Of a DNA stretch of 64,000 nucleotides, positions 27,935 through 37,277 are shown in pieces. The stretch spans positions 66,317 through 130,316 of the forward strand of contig CALWHF010000003.1 of the NCBI GenBank assembly GCA_944380305.1, read 5' to 3'. This stretch comes from an uncultured Christensenellaceae bacterium. Its GTDB lineage: Bacteria > Bacillota > Clostridia > Christensenellales > UBA3700. Position 1 is the first letter of the stretch. The number at the start of each line of letters is the position of its first letter. The notes under the pieces are model-generated. The model worked only from the letters and a program-made list of their open reading frames with translations. It searched no databases and was not told the origin of the DNA. The position numbers and the translations under genes are program-made.

Positions 27935-28706
27935 TTTTCCACCTCATACAGAGCTTTCCGAGAGCGAATACCGCAAGTTCGAGAACCGCTCCCAGCACTA
28001 TCGCGATCAGCGTCCATGCGATGAGCAGCGGCGTATCGAGATAGAGGTTGGCAAGCTGCATGTCCACACCCATGCTGTTTTTCGTCTGCGCGAGCACTTC
28101 GGCGGCTATCGTCAGTTTCACGGTCAGCGAAAGCGTCGAGCGCACCGACGAGAACACTGCGGGCATCGTTGACGGGATATAGAGTTTCAGAAGTCGCGTG
28201 GCGAACGGAACTTTGTACACTTTCGCCATTTCGACCAGTTTTTTATCCACGCCCGTTATCGCCGAATAAAACGCCGTGTAAAGCAACGGAAAGATGATCA
28301 GCACCGTCACGAATACGGGCGCGATCTGAGTATTCGTCCACAGCAGGCACAAAAGGATTACGCTCATTGTCGGCGTCGAACGCATTATCGCGACTATCGG
28401 CGCGAGTATCCTCGCAAAAGGCTTTGCGAACGCCGCGCCTACCGACAGCAGCAACGCTATCGCAAAACTCAGCACGAACCCTCTCGCCGCCCTGAGCAGC
28501 GTAGCCGCGACGTCAACGTAGGTGCTCTTCTGCCTAAGAAGGTCGAAAAGCCCCTCGAAAGTCGTCCCTATCGACGGAACGAGCAGATCGCTGCCCGTAG
28601 CCGCCGCGGTTATCGCCCACAGCGCGAAGATCAGCGCGAGCGAGAACAGCGGATAGACGAGCGAGACGATCGCGGTCTTCTGAGTCTGAGTGAGTTTTGC
28701 CTTCAT
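27927..28706 (-). CDS. ABC transporter permease (SsuC/TauC-like)
   Basis: The 259-aa protein is polytopic and belongs to the BPD-type permease family. It overlaps the ATPase gene by 8 nt. Confidence 0.8.
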   Translation of the reverse strand: MKAKLTQTQKTAIVSLVYPLFSLALIFALWAITAAATGSDLLVPSIGTTFEGLFDLLRQKSTYVDVAATLLRAARGFVLSFAIALLLSVGAAFAKPFARILAPIVAIMRSTPTMSVILLCLLWTNTQIAPVFVTVLIIFPLLYTAFYSAITGVDKKLVEMAKVYKVPFATRLLKLYIPSTMPAVFSSVRSTLSLTVKLTIAAEVLAQTKNSMGVDMQLANLYLDTPLLIAWTLIAIVLGAVLELAVFALGKLCMRWKNA

Positions 28707-28718
28707 ACTTCCGACCGT

Positions 28719-29738
28719 TTATCCTTCGTAGTAAAGTCCGTCTTCGGGCAGCTTTCCGCCTATCGCCGCGGGTTTGATCGCGTTGACGGCTTCGAGCATC
28801 GCGATATAGTCGTCTTTCGCGTCCGCGATCCCGATCAGCTTGCAGTTGCAGCGGGCAAGCGTCGTCGCGGAAAGGGTCGTATTCAGCGAGGTCTGCGGAT
28901 ACGCCGCGACGAGGATCTCGGATACTCTGTCGCTGTTTTCGACGATAAACTCCCCGTTTTCTTCCATTTTAGCGAGAAGTTTTGCTATAAATTCGGGGGC
29001 GTTTTTGCATATATCCGCTTTTGCGATCAGAACCGCCTGAGGATAGCCGAGAGTCTGACTGCCCGTATACTCCTTCCAGAGCTTCTGAAGATCGAACAAT
29101 TCGGTAATGCCGCTTTGCGCGAGTCCCTTGCTTGCGGCAGGCTCCGCTATCACTCCTATCGCCTCTTCTCCGTTCTTGTTCGCGCTGACGAGCTGACTCA
29201 TGACTCCGCTTCCGTCCGCGACGTAGGTTATCACGACCTTTCCGCCGACCGCGGCATCACCCTGTTCGTAGACGATGCCTTCGTTTGCAAGAAGTGTCTG
29301 AAAGATGAAGTCGGGCACGCTGCCCTGTCCTATCGAGAACACGCGTTTGCCGACAAGATCGGACAGGCTCTTTACTTCGCTGTTCGCGCCGAGAACGTAC
29401 AGGTTGCCCTGTGTCACGGTGGCGAGCAGTTTTATGTCGGTACCCTTGTTATACAGGTTCGCGGCGAGATTCGCGGGCACTATCGCGAGATCGGCGTCGA
29501 GCGCGCGGGTGGATATTGCCGAAGACTGGATTATCTCGACCTTGCCCAGCTTGTCGAACGAGCCGTTTTTCGCGATTTCGTCCACCAGATTGACCGCCGC
29601 GAGCGCGGGTGCGCCGTCTGGCACTACCATTGTGTACTTTTCGCCGTTTTCGTTATTTTTGCCGTCGCACGCCGCAAAAGAAAGCGCGAGCGCGACGATC
29701 AGCAAAACGCATACGATTGTCGCAGAAAACTTTTTCAT
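28719..29738 (-). CDS. ABC substrate-binding lipoprotein (NMT1/THI5-SsuA-like)
   Basis: It has a signal peptide with lipobox LSFAAC and the layout of a periplasmic-binding fold. Confidence 0.75.
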   Translation of the reverse strand: MKKFSATIVCVLLIVALALSFAACDGKNNENGEKYTMVVPDGAPALAAVNLVDEIAKNGSFDKLGKVEIIQSSAISTRALDADLAIVPANLAANLYNKGTDIKLLATVTQGNLYVLGANSEVKSLSDLVGKRVFSIGQGSVPDFIFQTLLANEGIVYEQGDAAVGGKVVITYVADGSGVMSQLVSANKNGEEAIGVIAEPAASKGLAQSGITELFDLQKLWKEYTGSQTLGYPQAVLIAKADICKNAPEFIAKLLAKMEENGEFIVENSDRVSEILVAAYPQTSLNTTLSATTLARCNCKLIGIADAKDDYIAMLEAVNAIKPAAIGGKLPEDGLYYEG

Positions 29739-29780
29739 TGTTATATCTCCTTAAAATCTGATACTATGTATGTTTCACCG

Positions 29781-30035
29781 TCATTCGTTGTCCACGGTCA
29801 TCACAGCCGACTTGACGTTGACGTCGTCGATCCTGCCGAGTTTGCCGCAGAGCGCGGAGATCTTCTCTGTATCCCCGTTGACGATAAGGCTTATCGTATT
29901 TATTCCCGTAGTTTTGTCGGGTATTCCCATTCTTCCGACGATTATCTCGCCGTAATCCGACAAAAGACTCTGCACCTTTTCCACTCTTTCCCTGCCCGCC
30001 TTGAGCACGATTCCGATAACTCCGACCTTTTTCAT
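29781..30035 (-). CDS. TM1266-family small ACT/NikR-C-like regulator (putative iron-only hydrogenase system regulator family)
   Basis: The 84-aa product is MKKVGVIGIVLKAGRERVEKVQSLLSDYGEIIVGRMGIP...ISALCGKLGRIDDVNVKSAV, which closely follows the TM1266 pattern. It is the first gene of the ABC operon. Confidence 0.6.
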   Translation of the reverse strand: MKKVGVIGIVLKAGRERVEKVQSLLSDYGEIIVGRMGIPDKTTGINTISLIVNGDTEKISALCGKLGRIDDVNVKSAVMTVDNE

Positions 30036-30280
30036 CTTTCTCCTTCCGCGTCCCCGACGTATGCTTTTGTCAGCGGCCGCGTTTTTCGTTCCGTACTCCG
30101 TTTTGCTGAAAAGCGATACGCGACGTAAAAAAATCCGTCCCTTTGCCCGAGAGCGTACGGAACGGATATGATGCCGTTATTTGTCACGCGATTCTTACTC
30201 TCGGAACGCATCTTCGATACGGAACACCGTAATTGTCTGATCTTTTCGAGCCTCGAAAGGATAAATCCTTCCTTCGGGTC
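30036..30280 (-). promoter_or_regulatory. Structured 5' leader with intrinsic terminator/antiterminator (unclassified riboswitch or attenuator candidate)
   Basis: On the minus-strand RNA, the terminator is ATCCGTTCC...GGGACGGAT followed by T7 (30167-30127). Upstream CCGAGAG can pair with CTCTCGG in the terminator loop. GGUGUUCCG and GUUCCGAGAG resemble the 5' half of ykkC-type aptamers. Confidence 0.5.
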
Positions 30281-30286
30281 GTCTAT

Positions 30287-30315
30287 ATTCTATATTATTC
30301 CGCTTTTCGTGTCAA
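30287..30315 (-). promoter_or_regulatory. Sigma-A-type promoter of the TM1266/ABC operon
   Basis: The minus strand reads TTGACA, a 17-nt spacer, then TAGAAT. Confidence 0.6.
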
Positions 30316-30341
30316 CGGTTTTCGACCGTCCAAGCAGCGGT

Positions 30342-31733
30342 TTAAGCCGCGAGAGGCGTGGTCTCTCCGCTTGCCGCCGTCAGAAGTTCCGCCGCCTTCA
30401 GGAAACACGGATCGAGATTCATATAATATACTCCCGTGGTGTCCGCCTCGTAGTCGGGAGCGATGCCCACGCCGTGAAAGTTGGTCTCGAATACCGTCTG
30501 ACCGTTTTTCGTTGACGGAACGTAATACATTCCGTTGGTGATATACAGCTCGTACTGCACTTTTTCGTAGGTTATCGAGATCTGCGCCACCCCTTTGCCG
30601 AACGTATTTGAGCCGACCGTCTTTACTCCGCAGTAATACGACAGCACCGAGGTCAGCAGTTCGGACGAAGACGCCGAAGAGCCGTTCACAAGTATCACGC
30701 AGTCGAATCCCTCCACCTCGTCGTACAGATTGACCGACTTGATCGTCTCTCCCGTCAGGTCGCTGACGTAGGTGTCCTGCGTATAGAAACAGGTCTCCTG
30801 CTTGTCTCCGCCGCCCGCATTATAGACGTATTTCGCCATAGGTATGCCGCTTGTCGTGCCGTTCTGACTGACGAAATAAGACGCAATGAATCCGCACATC
30901 GTGACTGCACCGCCGCCGTTGCCGCGAAGGTCGAGCACGAGTTTGTTGGGTCTGTTCTCGTCCGCGAGAAACTCTTTCACCGCCGCCGCGAAATCGTCGG
31001 GAGCGGTGTCGCTGAACTCGTTGAGCCTGATATAACCCACGTTGGAAGGAAGTCCCGTGACATCCGATCCGAGATAGTATGCAAGCGGAGAATGGAACAT
31101 CTCCTTGTCAATTTTATAGGTATAGTATCCCGACACGTTGCCGTCGGCGTTCCTTCTGACGACGTCGAGTCTGACCGTATTTCCGAGCGTGGAAAGCAGT
31201 TGCGAGAACGACGCGCTGTTGAGGTGCTGTATCGTATAGCCGTTCAACGCCACGACCTCGTCTCCGACCTTGAGTTTCACGTTGCCGCTCGTGCCGTTGT
31301 CGTACACGTTTACCGCTTTCGCTGCGGGAGATACCGGCGATATTTCGGATATATAATAGTTGCAATAATCGTTGTACCCGAAAGTAATTCCCATGCTCAT
31401 CGACTTCACGCCCGTAGGAGTCATTTCGACGAGCCCCGTAAACCTGTCCACGCTGCCCGCCACCGCCTCTGCGACCGCGTACTGGAACTGCTCCCAGTCA
31501 ATATCGTTGATATAGTATTTGTTAAGTGCGTCGAGGACGGTCTTCACCATAGGCATTTCGCTCTCAACGGTGCTGTTCGCAGAATAAAGAGTGCCGCCGA
31601 AAAACGCCATACCCGCCACGAGCGCGAGCACGAGCACCGAGATCACGACTATCGTGACGATCTTCTTTTTCGAAGGCTTTTCGTCCTGCTTGTAATCTTT
31701 GTAGATGTTGTTGTCCTGTTCGAACATATCCAT
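30342..31733 (-). CDS. S41 family C-terminal processing peptidase with N-terminal membrane anchor and PDZ domain
   Basis: The TM helix is IVTIVVISVLVLALVAGMAFF, the PDZ-like segment is KVGDEVVALNG, and the S41 motifs are LDLRGNGGG and GSSASSSELL. Confidence 0.8.
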   Translation of the reverse strand: MDMFEQDNNIYKDYKQDEKPSKKKIVTIVVISVLVLALVAGMAFFGGTLYSANSTVESEMPMVKTVLDALNKYYINDIDWEQFQYAVAEAVAGSVDRFTGLVEMTPTGVKSMSMGITFGYNDYCNYYISEISPVSPAAKAVNVYDNGTSGNVKLKVGDEVVALNGYTIQHLNSASFSQLLSTLGNTVRLDVVRRNADGNVSGYYTYKIDKEMFHSPLAYYLGSDVTGLPSNVGYIRLNEFSDTAPDDFAAAVKEFLADENRPNKLVLDLRGNGGGAVTMCGFIASYFVSQNGTTSGIPMAKYVYNAGGGDKQETCFYTQDTYVSDLTGETIKSVNLYDEVEGFDCVILVNGSSASSSELLTSVLSYYCGVKTVGSNTFGKGVAQISITYEKVQYELYITNGMYYVPSTKNGQTVFETNFHGVGIAPDYEADTTGVYYMNLDPCFLKAAELLTAASGETTPLAA

Positions 31734-31892
31734 GATGTTATTCTCCGTAACATCGGGTTTCCGCGCCTCCCGACGCGTATCCCCGTGCCAAAGTGTTTTT
31801 TATTCGTCGCATGCGATCGCGAGGTCTTTCGGAGCGCGACTCTTTAATCTGTTTACTTCATCAAAATTAAAAGGACGTTAAAATCGGGCTTT

Positions 31893-33056
31893 TCAGACTC
31901 TGTTGACCTTGTCCGCGACAGCCTGCTCGCGCACCGCTTTAGCGACCGCAACGCCTACTCTGTCGTCGAAGGCCTTGGGCAGAATGTAATCCGCATTCAG
32001 CTCTTCGTCGGATACGAGTCCCGCAAGAGCGTTGACCGCCGCGAGTTTCATGTTTTCGGTTATCGCGCTTGCTCTCGCGTCGAGCGCGCCGCGGAATATA
32101 CCTGGGAAAGCAAGCACGTTGTTGATCTGGTTCGCGTAGTCCGAACGTCCCGTACCGACTACCGCCGCGCCGCCCTTCTTCGCCTCGTCGGGGTATATCT
32201 CGGGCACGGGGTTGGACATTGCGAAAACTATCGGCTTGTCAGCCATGCCCTTCACCATATCCGCAGTCACGGTATCGGGTCCCGATACGCCTATCAGCAC
32301 GTCGCTGCCTTCTAGAGCTTCTTTTGCTCCGCCCTTCTTGCCCGCCTTGTTGGTAAGCTCCGCAAGCGCGGTCTTGGACCAGTCCATGCCCTCTCTGCCT
32401 TTATAGAGTATGCCCTTTCTGTCTACGAGTACAAGATCTTTGACTCCCGCAGCGAGAAGAAGTCTCGCTATCGCGCCGCCGGCGGCACCCGTGCCGAGAA
32501 TCGTAGCGGTGATTTCAGAGAGTTGCTTGCCGACGATCTTGAGCGCGTTTTTGAGTGCGGCGAGCACGACTATCGCCGTGCCGTGCTGATCGTCGTGGAA
32601 CACGGGAATATCGAGTTTGCTCTTCAGTGCCTCTTCGATCTCGAAGCATCTGGGAGCGGATATATCTTCAAGGTTTATGCCGCCGAACGTCGGCGCAATC
32701 GCTACGCAGGTATCGATGATCTCCTGAGTGTTCTGAGTGGACAGACATATCGGGAAAGCGTCAACGCCGCCGAACTTCTTGAACAGACAGCATTTGCCTT
32801 CCATTACGGGCATACCCGCAAGTCCGCCGATGTTGCCCAGTCCCAGCACCGCGCTGCCGTCGGTAACTACCGCTACGAGGTTGTGTTTTCCCGTATATGT
32901 ATATGCGAGCGACGGGTCTTTCGCGATCTCGACGCAGGGTTCGGCTACACCCGGGGTATACGCGACCGAAAGGTCGTGTGCGTTCTGTACGGGTGCTTTG
33001 CTTATTATTTCCAGTTTTCCGTGCCACTTTTTGTGCATATCCAATGCTTCGCTCAT
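31893..33056 (-). CDS. NAD(P)-dependent malic enzyme (short, non-PTA form)
   Basis: The product begins [17 protein letters not shown]...[13 protein letters not shown]...[11 protein letters not shown].... The start is at ATG 33056, after GGAGA. Confidence 0.88.
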   Translation of the reverse strand: MSEALDMHKKWHGKLEIISKAPVQNAHDLSVAYTPGVAEPCVEIAKDPSLAYTYTGKHNLVAVVTDGSAVLGLGNIGGLAGMPVMEGKCCLFKKFGGVDAFPICLSTQNTQEIIDTCVAIAPTFGGINLEDISAPRCFEIEEALKSKLDIPVFHDDQHGTAIVVLAALKNALKIVGKQLSEITATILGTGAAGGAIARLLLAAGVKDLVLVDRKGILYKGREGMDWSKTALAELTNKAGKKGGAKEALEGSDVLIGVSGPDTVTADMVKGMADKPIVFAMSNPVPEIYPDEAKKGGAAVVGTGRSDYANQINNVLAFPGIFRGALDARASAITENMKLAAVNALAGLVSDEELNADYILPKAFDDRVGVAVAKAVREQAVADKVNRV

Positions 33057-33097
33057 AGTAAATCTCCAGTTCATTGTGTATTATTTAGTATTATCAA

Positions 33098-34189
33098 TTA
33101 TTTTTCGATATAATTTATGTCAGAGTTGATTTTTCTTTCGCTGAGTTTATCAAAACAGTTGCCCGTCTTTTCTATTCTGACGTCGGCATAGTCTCCCCTC
33201 TTCAGTTTGCCCGCCGCCGCACAGACCATGTTTTCGTCTCTCTTGAAAACGGCGATGTTTCCGTCTTTTGTGCTGACGATCGCAATGACCTTCCACAGCC
33301 CTGTTTCGGACGCGGTAGCTTTTACGTCAGACGGATAGACGCACGCCGAAACCATTTTGTTGACGTAATTTTCGGCGATCGGCGGAGAGCTGACTCTCAC
33401 CTCTTCGCCGTCGTACATCTTGACCGCATACCCGTCATTTCTCTGTTTCAGACAGCCGTGCACCAGCCCGATATTTTCGTCTATGCCTCTCAGCACCGCC
33501 ATGCTCCTCGGGTCTTTGTACAAGTGATAATAGTCGTCGATCTGTTCTATCCTGCCGCCCTGTATCACTGCGATCCTGTCGCCGAGAGTGCTTGCCTCTA
33601 TGATCCTGTCCGTCGCGTAAATCACGGCGGCGTCTATATCCGCAACCGCCTGATATAAGAGACCGAACAACATACGACGCACCGAATAATCTATTTTGCC
33701 GAATACGTTGTCGAGCAGATACAACTTGCTCTCCCTGACGAAAATGCGCGCAAGAAGTACTCTGCACGCCTGCACTTCGGTCAGCTCCCTCACTTTGACG
33801 TTGAGAAGATCGTCAATGCCGAACAGCTTTCCGACGTAACCAAGACGCGCCGCTATATAAGCGTCGTCGCAATCACGCAACACGAGTGGTCTGACGATAT
33901 TTTTGAGGACGGTCTGTCTGGGCATCAGCGAGCTGTCGTCGAAACTGTACGTTATAGGACGCTGTTCGACGGGAATGTCTCTCAGTTCTTTTCCGCAAAG
34001 CGTGATGCTGCCGCTGTAATCTTCAAGACCCGCAAGCGCACGCAAAAGCGATGTTTTACCCTGGTTCTGACCGCCGAAAACGCATAATTTCTCGCCTTCG
34101 CAAAGTTCGAAATCCACGTCTCCGACGACGTCGTAACCGCCGTAATAGGTCAGCCCCAGATCTTTGACCTGTAAAATAGTGTTTTCCAT
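33098..34189 (-). CDS. Orphan MalK/UgpC-like ABC ATPase homolog with degenerate catalytic motifs
   Basis: Walker A is retained (GGQNQGKT). The signature is LTEVQ instead of LSGGQ, Walker B is LYLLDN instead of ..DE, and the H-loop position reads ATD. A C-terminal OB/TOBE-like domain is present, and no permease or binding protein is adjacent. Confidence 0.65.
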   Translation of the reverse strand: MENTILQVKDLGLTYYGGYDVVGDVDFELCEGEKLCVFGGQNQGKTSLLRALAGLEDYSGSITLCGKELRDIPVEQRPITYSFDDSSLMPRQTVLKNIVRPLVLRDCDDAYIAARLGYVGKLFGIDDLLNVKVRELTEVQACRVLLARIFVRESKLYLLDNVFGKIDYSVRRMLFGLLYQAVADIDAAVIYATDRIIEASTLGDRIAVIQGGRIEQIDDYYHLYKDPRSMAVLRGIDENIGLVHGCLKQRNDGYAVKMYDGEEVRVSSPPIAENYVNKMVSACVYPSDVKATASETGLWKVIAIVSTKDGNIAVFKRDENMVCAAAGKLKRGDYADVRIEKTGNCFDKLSERKINSDINYIEK

Positions 34190-34400
34190 ATCTAGATTAT
34201 TATAAAATATTTGCGCGCCTTATGCAACCGATTGAGAAATTTTTGCAACGCATACCGCAACCCTTGACGTCGTCTTTCGATAAAAAACGCGAAATTGTTT
34301 ACCGTCAGCCGTTTCGGACAGATCACGACGCGGTATACAGCCCGAATTATTCCGCGCATCGAGACGCTCTCGGTCTATCTCTCGTCGATATTGTGTTAGT

Positions 34401-34440
34401 ACTTAATATTAATTGATAATAATTGATACTAATTAATATT
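34401..34440. repeat. Four tandem 10-bp AT-rich units (helical-phase repeat)
   Basis: The units are ACTTAATATT, AATTGATAAT, AATTGATACT and AATTAATATT. They sit in a 540-nt intergenic region about 200 nt upstream of the symporter promoter. Confidence 0.6.
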
Positions 34441-34641
34441 ATTTTACAAAAAAATGGCGCATCGGTTCAGATTTTCAATATAAAAATCGGTCTTACAATC
34501 GTTTTGGTGACGGTCATACTATACTTTTTCGTTTTTCGAGTGTAAACAAGGGAAAAACGATACATCGCCGGTCGCGCTTCGCATTCGGGACGCACGGGCG
34601 TGCAATATTTCACCATGTTTATCTTTATCACGCGTACGCGT

Positions 34642-34671
34642 TTGCATACGGCGCGCGCATTGTGGTATACT
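34642..34671 (+). promoter_or_regulatory. Sigma-A promoter with extended -10 for the GPH symporter
   Basis: TTGCAT, an 18-nt spacer ending in TGG, then TATACT. Confidence 0.55.
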
Positions 34672-34731
34672 GATTAAGACGCATACAGAATAACTTTACC
34701 CGTCTCGGCGTCGGACGGCAGAGGGAACTTT

Positions 34732-36282
34732 ATGGCTAAACAAAAACTCACTCTAGAAGAACGCGCGGCGAAAGAAAACTGCGCCCCCAAAGATTACGTT
34801 TCTCTCAAAGAACAGATACTCTACGGTGCGGCAGATCTATTCGGCGGCGGTCAGGCGGCGTTTTTATCCGTCATACTGCTTGCGTTTTTCACCAACATAA
34901 TCGCCATCGAGGCAGCCATTGCGAGTACCATCATAATGGTATCCAAGATCTGGGACGCGGTTTCAGACCCCGCGATGGGTCTTATATCCGAAAACTCGCG
35001 TTTCAAACTGGGCAGAAGAAAGCCATTTATGATAATAGGCGGCATACTTATCCCGTTCGGACTTGCCTTCCTGTTCGCCCCGATCCAGAACATGCAGGAG
35101 CCTTCAAAAATCACATGGATGGTGTTCGCGTACATTATTTATTGCACCATCTCGACGATCTCGCAGGTGCCGTACATGTCGATGAGCTCCGACATCTCGA
35201 TGGACTACCGTCAGCGCAACAAGGCAAACACATGGAAACTCATATTCGATATAATAGCCGCAGGACTTTTGTATCTCATTCCCAGTCTTCTCTGGAATAA
35301 GGTTGTCGGCAAAGACGCGACCATACCGTACACGACTTTCTACTATATAATCGTCTTCGGCTTCGGTCTGCTGTTCGCGATCCCGCTTATCGTCGCGGGT
35401 CTCACGATAAAAGAACGCACCCCGTACGAAGAGGAAAAGAAAGTCAAATTCAATATCAAAGAATACTTCAAGGGTCTTTCCGTCAAGTCCTACATCTGGC
35501 ATATCCTGATGTACGTCACCGCATTCCTTACAATGGACCTCGTCAGCGCGGTAGCGATATATTATACCGATTATATAGGCGGCACGATAAACGGCGTCAA
35601 GGTCGATCTCGGATTCATGCAGATGAATATGGGTTCGATCATGATAATCGCACCGATGATGGTATGCGCGGCGATCGGCATCGTCATAGCGTACGTCATA
35701 AAAGCGAAATTCTCCAAGCAAGCCGCATTCCGCGCGGGGCTTCCGCTTTATATCATAGGCGCGATATTGCTCGCGTGCTACCAGCCCGACTGGAACCCGA
35801 TCCTGATCCCCGTTTTCTCGGCGATCATGGGGCTCGGATTTGCGGGCGCGCAGTCTATGCCGTGGCTGGTTTTTGCCGATACCGTCGACGTTGCGGAGCT
35901 CAAACTCGGCTACCGTCCCACAGCGAATATGTCGGGCGTCATGACGTTTACGAGAAAGATCGCAACGGCGGTCGGCACGGGAATGGTCGGCTGGGTGCTC
36001 AGTGCCGCTCACTACGTCAAACCCGTATACGACAGCGAAACGGGCAAAAACATACTCCAGCAGCAGCCCGACAGCGTACTTATCGCGATCAGACTGCTGA
36101 TAGCAGTATCCGTCACCGTACTTCTGACGATTGGTTTCATCGCGTCGATAAAATACAAAGTGACCAACAAGAGGCTCGAGCGCATAAGATATTTCGTCAA
36201 CAAGCGCAAAGAAAGCGGCGAAGAGAGTTTCACCGACGAAGAGATGACCGAGTATCTGGAGCTGAAGAAAAAACTGTGCTAA
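34732..36282 (+). CDS. GPH-family glycoside/pentoside/hexuronide:cation symporter (MelB-like MFS)
   Basis: The 516-aa protein has 12 TM helices and an N-terminal LYGAADLFGGGQAAFLS...KIWDAVSDPAMG motif typical of the GPH family. Confidence 0.8.
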   Translation: MAKQKLTLEERAAKENCAPKDYVSLKEQILYGAADLFGGGQAAFLSVILLAFFTNIIAIEAAIASTIIMVSKIWDAVSDPAMGLISENSRFKLGRRKPFMIIGGILIPFGLAFLFAPIQNMQEPSKITWMVFAYIIYCTISTISQVPYMSMSSDISMDYRQRNKANTWKLIFDIIAAGLLYLIPSLLWNKVVGKDATIPYTTFYYIIVFGFGLLFAIPLIVAGLTIKERTPYEEEKKVKFNIKEYFKGLSVKSYIWHILMYVTAFLTMDLVSAVAIYYTDYIGGTINGVKVDLGFMQMNMGSIMIIAPMMVCAAIGIVIAYVIKAKFSKQAAFRAGLPLYIIGAILLACYQPDWNPILIPVFSAIMGLGFAGAQSMPWLVFADTVDVAELKLGYRPTANMSGVMTFTRKIATAVGTGMVGWVLSAAHYVKPVYDSETGKNILQQQPDSVLIAIRLLIAVSVTVLLTIGFIASIKYKVTNKRLERIRYFVNKRKESGEESFTDEEMTEYLELKKKLC

Positions 36283-36308
36283 GCTTATCTCTGCAAATAT
36301 CAAATGTC

Positions 36309-36344
36309 ATCCCGCGTCGGACAGGCGCGGGATATTTTATTTTT
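36309..36344 (+). terminator. Rho-independent terminator of the symporter gene
   Basis: ATCCCGCG pairs with CGCGGGAT, followed by ATTTTATTTTT. Confidence 0.8.
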
Positions 36345-36692
36345 CAACGCTTTTTCGCATACGACAAAAGGCTTTCCGTAAAAAGCAACGCGCGCCTCAC
36401 CCCCTGTCGAAACCTAAAAAATAAAACATATTCAAAACGATGTAGTCGCAAAATATCAATCGACACATATATCTACAGCTCAGCATCAATAAAACGGTTC
36501 TCTTTCTCCTGCGTTATGCACGCGCAAGCAAATTAAATCAAACGCGTAAAATCGAAAACCGCATCTTAACTTTTCAACCATATCAAAACCCATCCAATTC
36601 TTTTGCAAGTCAAAACGATATTGCGATCGGCAATCAACGGTTTTCGAAATAATACCGACTGAAATTAGCGGATGTTTTCAGACTGCAAGTGC

Positions 36693-36720
36693 AAAAAAAT
36701 ATCGGACTTTCCTTCCGATA
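36693..36720 (-). terminator. Rho-independent terminator after ruvC
   Basis: The minus strand reads TATCGGA-aggaaag-TCCGATA followed by T7. Confidence 0.75.
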
Positions 36721-36785
36721 CTTCAAATCTGTCTTTATTTTATCGGTCAAAGCAGGCTTATCGCCCGATGACCGCGCAACCTTCT

Positions 36786-37277
36786 TCAAATCGAGAAAAG
36801 TCCTCCCAGTCTTGCCGACTGAGCGTGCGTAAGTGCGACTGCAAGTGCGTCCGCGGCGTCGTCGGGCTTTGGAACAGACCTAAGCCTCAAAAGCCTCGTG
36901 ACCATAAACTGCATCTGTTTTTTATCCGCTTTGCCGTACCCCGTGATAGCCTGTTTTATCTGCATGGGAGTATATTCGTACAGTCTGCCGCACCTGTCGG
37001 AACACGCAAGAAGAATGACTCCTCTTGCTTGCGCCACGTTGATACCCGTCGTGATGTTCTTTGTGAAAAACAGCTCTTCGAGCGCGACGCAGTCTGGTTT
37101 ATACTTGTCGAAAAGCGCGTTTATTCCGTCGTGTATCATATGAAGTCTCGCGGGCACGCTTTCGTTTTTCGGCGTCTCTATCACGCCGTAATCTATCGGC
37201 GTCACGTTGCCTTTTTCGCTGTTCACGATCCCGTAGCCGACTATCGCAAGCCCGGGGTCGATACCCATGATTATCAT
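36786..37277 (-). CDS. ruvC: Crossover junction endodeoxyribonuclease RuvC
   Basis: The product begins MIIMGIDPGLAIVGYGIV...ALEELFF.... The ATG overlaps the proA stop as ATGA. Confidence 0.9.
   Translation of the reverse strand: MIIMGIDPGLAIVGYGIVNSEKGNVTPIDYGVIETPKNESVPARLHMIHDGINALFDKYKPDCVALEELFFTKNITTGINVAQARGVILLACSDRCGRLYEYTPMQIKQAITGYGKADKKQMQFMVTRLLRLRSVPKPDDAADALAVALTHAQSARLGGLFSI

Noticed and set aside
34401-34440. The AT-rich tandem repeat was considered as a CRISPR array or an origin-like element.
   Set aside because: The units are 10 bp and contiguous with no spacers. No cas genes and no DnaA boxes (TTATCCACA) were seen nearby.
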